Assembly (NCBI GenBank): GCA_963817385.1
Contig: CAWFOM010000016.1
Span: 1 to 64,000, forward strand
Origin: an uncultured delta proteobacterium
GTDB taxonomy: Bacteria; Desulfobacterota; Syntrophia; Syntrophales; UBA5619
Direction: 5' to 3'
Length of the DNA stretch: 64,000 nucleotides
Below the pieces are notes generated by a model. That model worked only from the letters and a program-made list of their open reading frames with translations, was not told where the DNA came from and did not search any database. The position numbers and the translations under genes are program-made. Below, one piece after another: positions 21,253 to 31,524 of this stretch. Each line of letters opens with the position of its first letter. Within the stretch, counting starts at the first letter, position 1.

Positions 21253-23124
21253 TCAATCTTCATCCTGTTCATCGTCCGGGGGTGCGGGCGGCTCATCGGA
21301 CGGCGGCGGCTCATATTCATCCGGCACGAAGGACGGGGGCGCGGCGACCTCCCGCAATTTCACCTCCCGCACTTCCGCCCGGGGAAAGACATCCAGGACC
21401 TTGAGGACAAGCGGGTGGGAGAGCGCCTCCCGACGGATCTCCTGGACCCGATGGTTCTTCGCCGCACGGCCGTTGCGGCCATTCCCGTTCTGGTCCTGAC
21501 CGACCTCCTCCGGGGTGAGGGTTTCGATCTCCAGGAGAGTCTCCCGCCCGAAGAATCGCCCGGCGAGCGACTCGATCGCCGCCTTCCCCGCGTCCACATC
21601 GTCGCGGAAAAGATATCCCTTCGTAAGACCAATCCGGAGGCGCCCCTCCTCACAGGCGATCAATTTTGCCGGTTCGATCTTGGCACAGAGGGCCGCATCC
21701 TGCCGCTTCACATATGCAGTAAACTCCGCCCAGCCCCCTCCCGGAGCCGCCGCGCCGCCGACCCCGTATTCCGCGCGCCCCTCCGAGAGTTGTCCCGCCG
21801 GCTGGCGCACCGCCGGAAGAGGGGGAATTCCGTTGTATGTCGGCGCAGCATCAAAAACCTTCGGACTTACATGCATTCCGCGGTTCGACTCGGGGGCTGC
21901 CCCGCCCGTCCCGCCGTTTCGGCTTCCCGACCGTGCGGTCTCGCCGCCCCTTCCCCCGACCGGCGGCGTAGCGCCCCCTCCCAGACGCCGCTCCAGCACT
22001 TCCATCCGGGAGAGGACTTCATCGATGGGGATCAGGGGCTCCAGCCAGGCCATCCGGCAGAGAATCGCCTCGAGGTTCAGGCGCGCATTCACACTCCGGC
22101 GGACATTCTCCTCCTCGGTCATCAGGATCTCCAGGTACCGCTGAAGGGTTTCCCGCGACGCCCCCGACGTCTGCGCCGTGAGCTTCTCGACCTCGTCCGC
22201 GGGGAGATCGACGAGGGAGCCTCCGCCCCCGGCGATCCCGACGAGGAGCAGGTTCCGAAAATGGCCGAGGAGCGTCTGGTAGAAAAACTTCATGTCGAGG
22301 CCGGCATAATAGGCTTCGTCGATGATCTTCAGGCAGCGGCCCGCGTCCCGCGCGAGGACCGCCTCGGAGAGGAGAAAGAGGAAGCGCCGGTCCGACCGGC
22401 CGAGAAGCTCCTCGATCGCCTTGTCTTCGATCGCGTAGCCCCCGTAGGAGATCACCTGGTCGAAAATGCTCTGGGAGTCGCGGAGGCTCCCGTCGCCCGC
22501 TTCCGCGATCCAGGCAAGCCCCGTGTCGCTGATCTTGATCCCTTCGGCCGCGGCGATCTTCCTGAGATTGTCGGCGATGAGCTTCGGCGGGATCCGCCGG
22601 AAGTCGAAGCACTGGCAGCGGGAGAGGATCGTCGCCGGGATCTTGTGGGTCTCGGTCGTCGCAAAGATGAAGATCACGTGCGCGGGCGGCTCCTCGAGGG
22701 TCTTCAGGAGTGCGTTGAAAGCCTCCCGGGTCAGCATGTGGACCTCGTCGATGATGTAGATCTTGTAACGGCAGGAGGCGGGGGCGAATTTCACGTTCTC
22801 GCGGAGCTCCCGGATCTCATCGATCCCCCGATTGGATGCACCGTCTATTTCCCGGATGTCGATTGCGATCCCGTCGGTGATCTCGCGGCAGTGAACGCAG
22901 ACATTGCAAGGGTTCGGCGTCGGACCCTGCTCGCAGTTCAGGGCCTTGGCGAGGATCCGGGCGATCGAAGTCTTTCCCACCCCCCGCGGTCCGCTGAAGA
23001 GGAAGGCGTGGGCGATTCGCTCCTGCGTAATCGCGTTTGAGAGCGTCCGAACCACGTGTTCCTGACCCAGGACGTCTTCAAAGACCTGCGGCCTCCATTT
23101 TCTGGCCAGAACGAGGTATTCCAC
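21253..23124 (-). CDS. dnaX: DNA polymerase III subunit gamma/tau
   Basis: LARKWRPQ, GPRGVGKT, EIDGASN, IIDEVHML, SRC. Confidence 0.97.
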   Translation of the reverse strand: MEYLVLARKWRPQVFEDVLGQEHVVRTLSNAITQERIAHAFLFSGPRGVGKTSIARILAKALNCEQGPTPNPCNVCVHCREITDGIAIDIREIDGASNRGIDEIRELRENVKFAPASCRYKIYIIDEVHMLTREAFNALLKTLEEPPAHVIFIFATTETHKIPATILSRCQCFDFRRIPPKLIADNLRKIAAAEGIKISDTGLAWIAEAGDGSLRDSQSIFDQVISYGGYAIEDKAIEELLGRSDRRFLFLLSEAVLARDAGRCLKIIDEAYYAGLDMKFFYQTLLGHFRNLLLVGIAGGGGSLVDLPADEVEKLTAQTSGASRETLQRYLEILMTEEENVRRSVNARLNLEAILCRMAWLEPLIPIDEVLSRMEVLERRLGGGATPPVGGRGGETARSGSRNGGTGGAAPESNRGMHVSPKVFDAAPTYNGIPPLPAVRQPAGQLSEGRAEYGVGGAAAPGGGWAEFTAYVKRQDAALCAKIEPAKLIACEEGRLRIGLTKGYLFRDDVDAGKAAIESLAGRFFGRETLLEIETLTPEEVGQDQNGNGRNGRAAKNHRVQEIRREALSHPLVLKVLDVFPRAEVREVKLREVAAPPSFVPDEYEPPPSDEPPAPPDDEQDED

Positions 23125-23230
23125 TGATACTCCTGCGGACAACCGACACCGATGCTTCGCATCCCCCCTTCCCCTTACTCCTCTCCCGCCGGGGGAGGGG
23201 GAAGCATCTCAGGAGGCGTGAGGGGAAAAG

Positions 23231-23333
23231 GGATAGCCAGGTTACCCGCAGCACACGTCGGTGGCTGCTGCCGCTGCTTCCTTCCGGACCTGACGGGGTT
23301 CACAGGCCGTCGTCGCGCAGGGCCTGGCTATCT
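23231..23333 (-). ncRNA. ffs: small SRP RNA (4.5S)
   Basis: Minus strand GTGAACCCCGTCAGGTCCGGAAGGAAGCAGCGG domain IV; closing stem GATAGCCAGG/CCTGGCTATC; upstream of dnaX. Confidence 0.95.
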
Positions 23334-23346
23334 TCTCAATATACTA

Positions 23347-23440
23347 TGGCGGAGAGAGCGGGATTTGAACCCGCGGTACACCTTTGGGGGCGTACACACG
23401 ATTTCCAGTCGTGCTCCTTCAGCCGCTCGGACATCTCTCC
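23347..23440 (-). tRNA. tRNA-Ser(GGA)
   Basis: GGAGAGATGTCCGAGCGG...CACGACTGGAAATCGTG...long variable arm...GGTTCAAATCC...GCCA. Confidence 0.96.
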
Positions 23441-23682
23441 GTACTCCCCTAACGAGAACTGCGGCATTATAGAGAGGCGCCGGGGGGCTGTCAAGGAATT
23501 AAAAACCAACGAATTGCCTCAAATAAAATGTTACCAAGGAGTGATGAAAAAAGAACCTTGACCCACAATTCGATGTTACTGAATATCGCCCTCGCAAGGC
23601 GGGATAACTATGAGTCCACGATTCCTCCGCCTGCCCCGAAGCCTTTCCCCGGAATTCGTCCGGCGATGACCTGCCCGTGATC

Positions 23683-25203
23683 TCACTTCCGGGTGATCGT
23701 TCCTTCCCAGGTACCGACGCAGGTCTCCTTCTTGTCCTCTTCGCTGAACCAGCGGCTGGTAACGCACTTCGCTTCGGTGTAAAAGGCGACGCCGTCGCGG
23801 CCCATCACATGGAGATCCCCGAAGAAGGAGTTCTTGTGGCCCGCGAAGGGGAAATAGGAGACGGGCACGGGGATCCCCACGTTCACCCCCACCATGCCGC
23901 CGTGGGTCCGGCGAACGAACTCCCGGGCATAATAACCGTTTTGCGTGAAGATGCAGGAGCCGTTGGCGAACCGGCTGTCGTTCATGATGGCCATGCCTTC
24001 CTCGAAGTCCTTCACCCGTTTGATGGAAGTCACCGGGCCGAAGATCTCGCAATCCCCGATGCACATCCCCGGTTTCACATGATCGAAGATCGTTGGGCCG
24101 ACGAAGTGGCCGTTTTCGAAGCCGGGGACGACGACGTTCCGGCCGTCCAGGATCAGCTCGGCCCCCTCCTCGACGCCTTTGTTAATCCAGTTGATGACGG
24201 ACTCTTTATGCTCCGCCGAAACAACGGGTCCCAGTTCCGTCCCCGGCTGGTAGGCGCAGCCAACCTTCCGCGCTTTGGCAAACTTGACCAGGTAGGAGAC
24301 GAACTCGTCGGCGCAGGCCTCCTCGACGCAGAGCGCCGGCAGGGCCATGCAGCGCATCCCCGCGCAACCGAACGTCGAGTTGATGATCCCCAGGGCCGAC
24401 CGCTCCAGGGCGGCGTCGCGCAGGACCAGGCCGTGATTCTTCGCCTCGCAGAGCGCCTGTACGCGTTTCCCATGGGCGGCGGCGGTGGAGTAGATGTGGA
24501 GGCCCACCGAGGTGGAACCCACATAGGAGATCCCCCGGATGTCCGGATGCTTCAAGAGCAACTCCGCCTCGTTGCGGCTGCAGGTGACGAGGTTCACGAC
24601 CCCCTTGGGCAGGCCCGCCTCGATGAGAAGCTCCAGGACGCGCATGGCCGTCTGGGGCGTGAGGCTCGCCGCTTTCAGGACAAAGGTGTTGCCCAGCGTT
24701 ATGCACAGAGGAATCATCCATCCGAAGGGGATCATCGCCGGAAAGTTGAAGGGCACGATCCCGGCGAACACACCCAGGGGTTCCCGGTACATAACCGTAT
24801 CGTGACCGGTGGAGATATTCATCAAGGCATCCCCCTGCATCAGGATCGGCGCGCCGCAGGCCATCTCCACCACCTCCATGGCCTTGATGACGTCTCCCCG
24901 GGCTTCCTCCAGATTCTTCCCCAGTTCCATCGCCACCGAGAGGGTCAGCTCCTCCATGTGGGACTCCAGGAGCCCCCTGAACCGGAACATCACCCCCATC
25001 CGGTCCTGGATAGGGGTGGAGGACCAGCGGGGATAGGCCTCGCTTGCCGCCGCCACGGCAGAGTTGACCTCCTCCACCGTACAGCAGGGGGCCTCCGCCA
25101 TCACCTCCCCCGTACTGGAGTTCGTCACCGGCATGTACTTCGTTGTCTTCGACTCCCGCCACTCATTGTTCACACAATATCGCAATCGCTTCGCACCGCC
25201 CAT
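23683..25203 (-). CDS. mmsA: CoA-acylating methylmalonate-semialdehyde dehydrogenase
   Basis: PFNFPAMIP, YVGST, EAKNH, FGCAGMRCMA, GMVGVNVGIPVP. Confidence 0.92.
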   Translation of the reverse strand: MGGAKRLRYCVNNEWRESKTTKYMPVTNSSTGEVMAEAPCCTVEEVNSAVAAASEAYPRWSSTPIQDRMGVMFRFRGLLESHMEELTLSVAMELGKNLEEARGDVIKAMEVVEMACGAPILMQGDALMNISTGHDTVMYREPLGVFAGIVPFNFPAMIPFGWMIPLCITLGNTFVLKAASLTPQTAMRVLELLIEAGLPKGVVNLVTCSRNEAELLLKHPDIRGISYVGSTSVGLHIYSTAAAHGKRVQALCEAKNHGLVLRDAALERSALGIINSTFGCAGMRCMALPALCVEEACADEFVSYLVKFAKARKVGCAYQPGTELGPVVSAEHKESVINWINKGVEEGAELILDGRNVVVPGFENGHFVGPTIFDHVKPGMCIGDCEIFGPVTSIKRVKDFEEGMAIMNDSRFANGSCIFTQNGYYAREFVRRTHGGMVGVNVGIPVPVSYFPFAGHKNSFFGDLHVMGRDGVAFYTEAKCVTSRWFSEEDKKETCVGTWEGTITRK

Positions 25204-25271
25204 TTCCTCTCTCCTTTCAACCGGCCCGGCAATTTTCCACTGATAACCGGGATCTATTTATTTCATTGAGA

Positions 25272-26570
25272 TTACCAGAGATGTTCCCCTTTCTCGACGA
25301 AGCGCCGCAGCCCCTCCCGGTCCCCGGCGGCAACTGCCATCCGTGCCAGCCCTTTCTTGAGCTCCTCCGTGCCGGTGGCGATCGAGAGCCTCAGGTAATG
25401 GAACTCCTCGGCGCCGATCCGGCCGAAGGATTTGCGGTCCAACGTCGCCACCCCATGGACAAACAGGAGAAACATCTGGAGGAGCGTCGAAGGGCTGGTC
25501 TTCTGCCGGATATCCGCCGGAAGGCCCTCGAAGGCATCGAAGATCCCCAGGTTGCGGCAGACCCCCTCCACATTGGGGAAGACGTAGAACGTCGCCTTCG
25601 GCTTCAGGCAGCGGATCCCCGGGATGGCATTGAGCCCCTCCACGACAAGGTCGCGCCGCATCCGGAAGGTGTCCACCATTTCTTTGATCGCCGCCGGACC
25701 TTCCGGAGATTCCAGCCCCAGGCGCACCCCTTCCTGGTTGTAGGCCGCGGTGCAGGAGAAGTAGTTGATGTTGAGGTTCTTGAAGACCTCCGCCTCCTCC
25801 CGCGTGGGAAACAGCGCCCAGCCGATCCGGCCGCCCGTCCAGGCAAAGCTCTTGGAGGCGCCGCTCACCAGGATCGTGTTTTTCTCCATGCCCGGGCAGG
25901 AGAGGATGCTGTGATGGCGGTACTGATCAAAGAGGATGTGCTCATAGATCTCGTCGGAAAAGATGCGGACATCCTCCCGGCACCGGGCGCGGATCACTCC
26001 GGCGATCTCCCGGAGCTGTTCCGGGGAGGCAACCCCTCCCGTCGGATTGGAGGGAAAGTTGAGGAAGATGAGCTTCGTTCTCTTCGAAAGTTTGGGGGCC
26101 AGCTCCGCGCCGGAGAGGGAAAATTCGTTCTCCTCCTTCAGATGGAGGGGGACCGGCGTGGCTTCCACATAGGGGATGAAGGATTCATAGATCGGAAAGC
26201 CGGGGCTGGGATAGACCACCTCGTCCCCCGGACCGCAGTAGGTCTGCTGGCAGAAGCCGATGGGGGGCTTGCCCCCCGGAAAGACGACGACCCGCTCCGC
26301 CTCGGCCCGGATCCCCCGCGTCTCCGCAATCTGCCTCGCGATGGCCGCCCGGAGGGAGGGGAGCCCCTGGGGATCGCAGTAATGGGTATTGTCCAGGTCG
26401 ATCTGGCGCTTGACCTCCTCCTTGATGAAGGCGGGCACCGGAAAATCCGGCTCCCCGATGTTGCACTTGATCACCTCCCGCCCCTCCGCCTCCAGGTCAC
26501 GGATATACGGTCCCACCCTGAATGCATTCTCACTGTCGATACGCCCTGCCCTGTCCGCATACAGCCCCAT
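25272..26570 (-). CDS. class I/II PLP aminotransferase (aspartate aminotransferase-like)
   Basis: IGEPDF, NFPSNPTG, SDEIY, SGASKSFAWTGGRIG. Confidence 0.9.
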   Translation of the reverse strand: MGLYADRAGRIDSENAFRVGPYIRDLEAEGREVIKCNIGEPDFPVPAFIKEEVKRQIDLDNTHYCDPQGLPSLRAAIARQIAETRGIRAEAERVVVFPGGKPPIGFCQQTYCGPGDEVVYPSPGFPIYESFIPYVEATPVPLHLKEENEFSLSGAELAPKLSKRTKLIFLNFPSNPTGGVASPEQLREIAGVIRARCREDVRIFSDEIYEHILFDQYRHHSILSCPGMEKNTILVSGASKSFAWTGGRIGWALFPTREEAEVFKNLNINYFSCTAAYNQEGVRLGLESPEGPAAIKEMVDTFRMRRDLVVEGLNAIPGIRCLKPKATFYVFPNVEGVCRNLGIFDAFEGLPADIRQKTSPSTLLQMFLLFVHGVATLDRKSFGRIGAEEFHYLRLSIATGTEELKKGLARMAVAAGDREGLRRFVEKGEHLW

Positions 26571-26777
26571 GACAACCCTCCCGATATCTCCCGTATTGAT
26601 CACGCCCGTGAAAAAACTCTCCGCACCATTCCGACACCCGGGCCGCGTCCAGTGCGGTTCCCATCCCCGGGCGGAAAAGTCTCCCTCCGGTTTCTCACGG
26701 GTGGGTTATAGACGATCTTGCGGAATAAGTAAACATATCCTGCACCGTTTACCGCATCCGCCTCCTACCGCCGATCA

Positions 26778-27687
26778 TTACGGTGTTACGTGAGCCCCCC
26801 GGCTACCCCTCGGGCCGGCGCCGCAGAGCTCCTCGGCATGGTAGGAGCTGCGCACGAAGGGAGCGCTCGCCACCCGCTCAAAACCCATCCCGAGCGCGGT
26901 CTCCCGCCAGGCGTCGAACTCTTCGGGCGCGAGGTATCGGGCCACGGGCAGTCGCCCCTTGGCGGGCTGCAGGTACTGCCCGAGCGTGAGGATCCGGCAG
27001 CCGGCAGCCAGAAGGTCCTTGAGCGCGGCCTCCACCTCGGCCGGCTGCTCGCCCAGGCCGAGCATCAGCCCCGACTTGACGCCGATCGCGGGATCGTGGA
27101 GGGAGGCCCGGCGGAGAAGATCGAGGGAGCGCGCGTAGACGGCCTGGGGCCGGACTTCCGGATAGAGGCGCGCCACGGTTTCCAGATTGTGGTTCAGGAC
27201 CTCCGGACTCTCCGCAAGGACCCTCTGCAGGGCGGCGGCATCCCCCTGGAAATCGGGGATGAGGATCTCGATGCGGGCCCCGGGAAGCCGGGTGCGAAGG
27301 GCGCGGATCGTCTCCACGAAGGCGGCGGCGCCGCCGTCGCCCAGATCGTCGCGGGCAACCGACGTGACCAAGACGTACGTTAGCGCCATCAGGGCCGCTG
27401 CCTCGGCCACCCGGCGGGGTTCGTCGGGATCCGGCGGCGTCAGGTTCTCCCGGGGTGACTCCGCAGAAGCGGCAGCCGCGGGTGCAGCGATCCCCCAGGA
27501 TGAGGAAGGTCGCCCTCCCCCCTGCGAAACATTCCCCGCAGTTCGGGCAGCGGGCCTCCTGGCAGACCGTGCTGATGCGCCCAGTGTCAAGGAGCGACCG
27601 CACCCGCGCAGAGACGGGATCGGAGGGGACCCCGCGCCTGAGCCACGCGGGTTTCCGGACAACTGTTTCGATTTTCGGTTCCTGCAT
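26778..27687 (-). CDS. lipA: lipoyl synthase (frameshift near 27445)
   Basis: [14 protein letters not shown] and CTRGCRFC in one frame; [26 protein letters not shown] in the next. Confidence 0.92.
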
Positions 27688-27710
27688 TATCTCTTACCGT
27701 AAATTAAACC

Positions 27711-27808
27711 GGAAAACCGCGATCCCTCCGCGCGCTGGACATTTTTCGCCCCTGTGCCCAGGGGCACCCGAAAAATCTCCAATGCGCGCCTCCGGGATCC
27801 GATTTTCC
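27711..27808. repeat. long hairpin repeat family, copy C (short; inverted relative to B)
   Basis: GGACATTTTTCGCCCCTG-TGCC-CAGGGGCACCCGAAAAATCTCCAATG. Confidence 0.75.
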
Positions 27809-27923
27809 AGTCGCACTGGCATGTACCCATAAAACAACACCGCACGGCGGTGAAGAGAGAATCACTCCATATGGATCCTTTCAAAGAGGTCCTCCCCTTT
27901 GAAACAGGAGGTTCTTTCTCGAA

Positions 27924-28095
27924 GGGAGGGGTTTCGGAAATGGTACATTGGAGATTTTTTCGGGGTCCCTGCCGCCGCAACGAAGCGCCTGCCGGGAAAA
28001 CTGTTTGAGCGCCGAAGGCGCGAGTTTTTTCCCGGCAGCGAAGTGAGGACGAGCAGGGTCGAAAAAAGATCCGTGCCCCTTCCGTAGCCCCTCCC
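27924..28095. repeat. long hairpin repeat family, copy B
   Basis: CATTGGAGATTTTTTCGGGGTCCCTGC...CTGTTTGAGCG...CGCGAGTTT...GCAGGGTCGAAAAAAGATCC. Confidence 0.8.
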
Positions 28096-28104
28096 GCAAT
28101 CCAC

Positions 28105-29563
28105 TCATCCCGTCAGGCAGGGGTTCCGGGCCGCTTCGGTTTCATCGAGCCGCTTCACTTTGCAGACGTGAGGGGCATCCCGGAGAAGCTGCGGATTATC
28201 CCGCGCCTCCCGGACGATCGCCTCGAAGGCCTCGATGAACCGGTCCAGCTCCTCCTTCGTCTCCGTCTCCGTGGGCTCGATCATGATCGCGCCGTGGACG
28301 ATGAGCGGAAAGTAGATCGTGGGGGGATGGTACCCGTAATCCATGAGGCGCTTGGCCATATCCAGGGTGGCGATCCCCGCCGCCTGCTGGTTGCGATCGG
28401 AAAAGACGCACTCGTGCATGCAGGGGCGGTCGTATGCCAGATGCAGCGTCCCTTTGAGCCTCTCCCGGACGTAGTTGGCATTGAGGACCGCAAGCCGGCT
28501 TGCCCTTGAGAGGCCGTCGGGACCCATGGAGCGGATGTAGCTATACGCCCGGACGAGGACGCCGAAATGGCCGTGGAAGCTAAGGACCCTCCCCACGGAG
28601 TCGGGATAATCGTCGCGAAGCTCGTAGGTCCCGCCCGTTTCGACCACCCGGGGAATGGGGAGAAACCGCGCCAGTTCCTTCCGGACGGCCACCGGTCCGG
28701 CGCCGGGTCCGCCGCCGCCGTGGGGGGTGGAAAAGGTCTTGTGGAGGTTCAGGTGGAGGATGTCCACGCCGATTGCCCCCGGCTTCACGACCCCCATGAC
28801 GGCGTTCATATTGGCCCCGTCGCCGTAGACGAGGCCGCCCCGTTCGTGGACGATGCGGGCGATCTGCGCGGATGTTCTCCTCGAAAAGCCCCAGGGTGTT
28901 GGGGTTGGTGATCATGATCCCCGCCGTCTTTTCGTCCATCAGACCCTCCACGACGCCGGAGGCGATAATCCCCCGTTCATCCGACGGGACCGGCACGGGG
29001 GTGTAGCCGCACAGGGCGGCGCTGGCCGGATTGGTTCCGTGCGCCGTGTCGGGGATGAGGATCTTCGTCCGCTGCTTTCCCCGGCTCCGATGCCAGGCAT
29101 GGATGATCAGCATCCCCGTCAGCTCCCCCTGGGCGCCGGCCGCCGGCTGGAGCGTCACCGCATCGAGGCCCGTGATCTCGGCGAGGTCCCGCTCCAGAGC
29201 GAACATCAGGCGAAGCGCCCCCTGGGAGAGGGCGGCGGGCAGGAGCGGATGGGCCGCGGCGAACCCCTTGAGCGCCGCCTGCCGTTCATTGGTCTTCGGG
29301 TTGTACTTCATCGTGCAGGAGCCGAGCGGGTAGAGGCCCGTGTCCACCCCGTAATTCCAGGTGGAGAGGCGGGTGTAGTGGCGCACCACCTCGATTTCGC
29401 TGAGATCGGGGAAATCGGGCCCGTCGCCCGTGAGCGCCGCGGGCAGGGGGCTCTCCGGCACATCCCGCGCCGGCAGGGAAAAGCCGCACCGCCCCTTTTT
29501 CCCCCGCTCCCAGAGGAGCGGTTCATCGAGCGTGAGCGTGGATTGCACCATCGTCTCGGTCAT
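28105..29563 (-). CDS. gcvPB: glycine dehydrogenase subunit 2 (frameshift near 28865)
   Basis: YPLGSCTMKYNP, LQPAAGAQGE, AHGTNPAS, HLNLHKTFSTPHGGGGPG, IEPTETE. Confidence 0.93.
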
Positions 29564-30891
29564 GATTTCACCTCCCTCACCAGGACGTCCATCTCCTCCC
29601 GGCTCGCCGTTTCCGTGACGCACATAAGCGAGTGACCGGCGAGCTCCGGATAGTAAGGACCCAGCGGCAGGCCGGCGACGATCTTTTTCTCGATCAGCCG
29701 CCGGTAGCGAGCGTCGAAGCCGCCCGGGGCGGTGACGACGAATTCGTTGAATGTGGGGGCCGAAAAGGGGACGATGCACCCGGCGTCCGTCAAGGCTCCT
29801 TTGAGGTATTCCGCCTTGTCGTGGTTGAGGGCGGCAAGCTCCCGGATCCCCGTTCCCCCCAGGGCGGCCAGGTACATCGCCGCCGCCAGGGCGCAGAGGC
29901 TGTTGTTGGAGCAGATGTTCGACGTCGCCTTCTCCCGGCGGATGTGCTGTTCGCGCGTGGCGAGCGTGAGGACGAAACCCCGCTTTCCCGCCCGGTCCTT
30001 CGTCTGACCGACGAGCCGCCCCGGCAGGCTCCGCATGTACTGCTTCCGGCTCGCCAGCATCCCCAGGGCCGGCCCTCCGAAGGAACGGGGGATGCCGAGG
30101 CTCTGTCCCTCTCCCGCCGCGATGTCGGCGCCCTGGCTACCGGGACTCTTCAGGAGGCCGTAGGCCAATGCCTCGGTAAAGGTCGCAACCAGGAGGGCGC
30201 CCCCGGCGTGCGCCCTGGCTGCCGCCTCCCGGAAGTCTTCGATGCAGCCGAAGAAGTTCGGCGACTGCAGAGCCACGGCGGCCAGCTCCTCCGTGCCCTC
30301 CAGACGGGCAAGATCGGTGAGGCCGGTCGCGAGAAGGGGAATCTCGACGAGCTCATACCCGGTCGGGGCGAAGTAGGTCCGGACCACCTGCCGGTAGTGG
30401 GGATGGATCGCCCGGGAGAGGGCGACTCGTTTCTTTTTGGTGATGCGCACCGCCATGAGGAGCGCCTCGGCCAGGGCCGCGGCTCCGTCGTAGTGGGAGG
30501 CCGTCGCCACCTCCATCCCCAGAAGACGGGCCGCCAGGGTCTGGTACTCGTAGAGACCCTGGAGCGTCCCCTGGAGGAGCTCGGGCTGGTAGGGGGTATA
30601 GGAGGTCACGAACTCGGAGCGGGCCAGCAGCGAGGAAACCACCGCCGGGATGCGGTGGTCATAGCTCCCCGCTCCGAGAAAAATCTTGTACTCCGGCGAT
30701 ACGGCCATCGCACCGGCCAGGCGGTCCATATGATCGTCGAGCTCCCATTCGGTCAGCGCCGCGGGGAGCCCGAGCTCCCCGTTCGTCCGGCAGTCGGCCG
30801 GGATGGCGGCAAAAAGGCCGTCGAGATCCGCACAGCCGACAACACCGAGCATGGCGGCGATATCCTCATCGGTATGCGGCAGGTAACGCAT
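29560..30891 (-). CDS. gcvPA: glycine dehydrogenase subunit 1
   Basis: FLGAG, TSYTPYQPE..QG, TREQHIRREKATSNICSN. Confidence 0.95.
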   Translation of the reverse strand: MRYLPHTDEDIAAMLGVVGCADLDGLFAAIPADCRTNGELGLPAALTEWELDDHMDRLAGAMAVSPEYKIFLGAGSYDHRIPAVVSSLLARSEFVTSYTPYQPELLQGTLQGLYEYQTLAARLLGMEVATASHYDGAAALAEALLMAVRITKKKRVALSRAIHPHYRQVVRTYFAPTGYELVEIPLLATGLTDLARLEGTEELAAVALQSPNFFGCIEDFREAAARAHAGGALLVATFTEALAYGLLKSPGSQGADIAAGEGQSLGIPRSFGGPALGMLASRKQYMRSLPGRLVGQTKDRAGKRGFVLTLATREQHIRREKATSNICSNNSLCALAAAMYLAALGGTGIRELAALNHDKAEYLKGALTDAGCIVPFSAPTFNEFVVTAPGGFDARYRRLIEKKIVAGLPLGPYYPELAGHSLMCVTETASREEMDVLVREVKS

Positions 30892-31297
30892 CTACCCGTC
30901 TCCTTTCAATTGCGCCCGATACCGCTCCGCCGTCAGGAGCCGTTCTCCGCGCGGCGGGATCGTCCGGCCTGACCAGGACCATCCAGCCATCGCCATAGGG
31001 GCTCCGGTTCAGGATGGCGGGATCATTCGCCAGTGAGGCGTTGACGGCCGTGATCTCCCCCGCGAGGGGCATGATGCATTCGGAAACGGATTTCACCGAT
31101 TCCACCGTGGCAAAGACACCCCCCTGCTCCACGCGGACGCCGACGGACGGGAGCTCGACATAGACGATATCCCCGAGCTGATCCTGGGCGTAGTCCGTGA
31201 TCCCGACCCTCGCCGAGCCGTTTACCATCTGCACCCATTCATGGTCGGGGCTGTACCGGAGATCGTCCGGTAGTTGGACATCTTCGATCTTCTTCAT
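30892..31297 (-). CDS. gcvH: glycine cleavage H protein (frameshift near 30945)
   Basis: HEWV, VGITDYAQDQLGDIV, lipoyl-Lys in VESVKSVSE, PYGDGW. Confidence 0.93.
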
Positions 31298-31340
31298 CTC
31301 TCCTCCTTCGATCGTTTACTCCTCTGTGACATCGAAGAAA

Positions 31341-31520
31341 TTGGGAAACCAGTTCCCGAAAGCGCTGATTGAGATTTTTCCGGGGTCCCCTGCCCCCGCA
31401 GCGGAGCGTCCGCAAAGGCAACTGTTTGAGCGCTTCAGCGCGAGTTTTGCCTTTGCAGCGCAGCGAGGAGGTGCAGGGTCAGAAAAATGTCTTGAGCGCG
31501 AAGGGAACTCGCTTTCCCAA
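31341..31520. repeat. long hairpin repeat family, copy D
   Basis: TTGGGAAAC...GATTGAGATTTTTCCGGGGTCCCCTGC...CTGTTTGAGCG...CGCGAGTTT...GCAGGGTCAGAAAAATGTC...TTTCCCAA. Confidence 0.75.
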
Positions 31521-31524
31521 CTCT

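Noticed and set aside
23347..23440. tRNA-Ser as an island attachment site
   Set aside because: Its 3' side leads into ffs-dnaX; no duplicated 3' end or integrase seen
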